From: an uncultured Candidatus Saccharibacteria bacterium
Lineage (GTDB): Bacteria > Patescibacteriota > Minisyncoccia > Phycocordibacterales > UBA2100
Direction of reading: 5' to 3'
Assembly: GCA_964363895.1 (NCBI GenBank)
Contig: CAYIJV010000003.1
Coordinates: 1-40,814, forward strand
DNA: 40,814 nucleotides
The position numbers were made by a program, and so were the translations under genes. The notes beneath the pieces were generated by a model. It had not been told where the DNA came from and did not search any database. It was given only the letters and a program-made list of their open reading frames with translations. How positions within the stretch are numbered: the first letter of the stretch is position 1; every line of letters begins with the position of its first letter. This document shows positions 40,764-40,814 of this stretch, piece after piece.

Positions 40764-40814
40764 TAGTGAGGCAGAAAATGGGAGCTTGCTCACATCTTTG
40801 CCGAATGACGCGAG

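Noticed and set aside
1-40814. CRISPR arrays, rRNA genes, IS elements or integrases, diversity-generating retroelements (TR/VR pairs near the LTD/PKD gene), retrons, and stop-codon reassignment
   Set aside because: No spaced direct-repeat array was seen, and no rRNA signature such as the 16S 3' end near tRNA-Ile. No transposase, integrase or reverse-transcriptase-like ORF is present. No ~100-bp near-identical repeat pair was found other than the 57-bp promoter module. The standard code yields uninterrupted, family-consistent ORFs throughout.

Overview
This is a very compact, mostly minus-strand bacterial window: 47 protein-coding genes (the first cut by the window edge), 2 tRNA genes, no rRNA, no CRISPR array and no recognisable transposase or integrase. 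There are three themes. (1) 1-24793 is a large glycan/sugar-nucleotide locus. It holds gmd, a DegT aminotransferase, an NDP-hexose C-methyltransferase, two cupins, a cytidylyltransferase, a Wzx-like flippase, several SDR epimerases, five GT4/GT2 glycosyltransferases, a GtrA-GT-C fusion and a GT4-UGDH-like fusion. Interleaved with these are an NYN nuclease-fold gene, a MazEF pair, an inositol monophosphatase, an AdoMetDC-like protein and redox enzymes. (2) 24806-29590 is an envelope module: a tiny membrane protein, a DUF4015-like glycoside hydrolase, a soluble VirD4/HerA-like ATPase with a long disordered tail, and an LTD-PKD-LTD surface protein. (3) 29606-39522 carries scattered peptidoglycan-precursor genes (murC, murD, murI, murA) mixed with rsmI, a CofE-like ligase, a YhhQ-like transporter, a RibD_C/DHFR-like protein, a PurN-like protein, an SMR-like protein and tRNA-Leu. 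A stand-alone GGDEF cyclase and tRNA-Ile follow. The gene content is reminiscent of small-genome Patescibacteria/CPR bacteria, but that is inference only, since no searches were possible. Five signals are not explained by ordinary annotation. First, -10 hexamers sit 6-8 nt upstream of start codons in about 15 transcription units, with almost no Shine-Dalgarno motifs, which suggests leaderless mRNAs. Second, a 57-bp promoter-plus-7-codon module is duplicated, with a synonymous-biased substitution pattern. Third, 22378-22724 is a 347-bp spacer rich in hairpins (about 70% GC in a sampled 60-nt line); it is the only long non-coding stretch in the window and I could not identify it. Fourth, an orphan near-consensus promoter plus terminator lies antisense to the 3' end of the NYN gene. 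Fifth, there are several unusual domain fusions and degenerate enzymes. All product calls come from motif recognition by eye and need HMM/BLAST confirmation.
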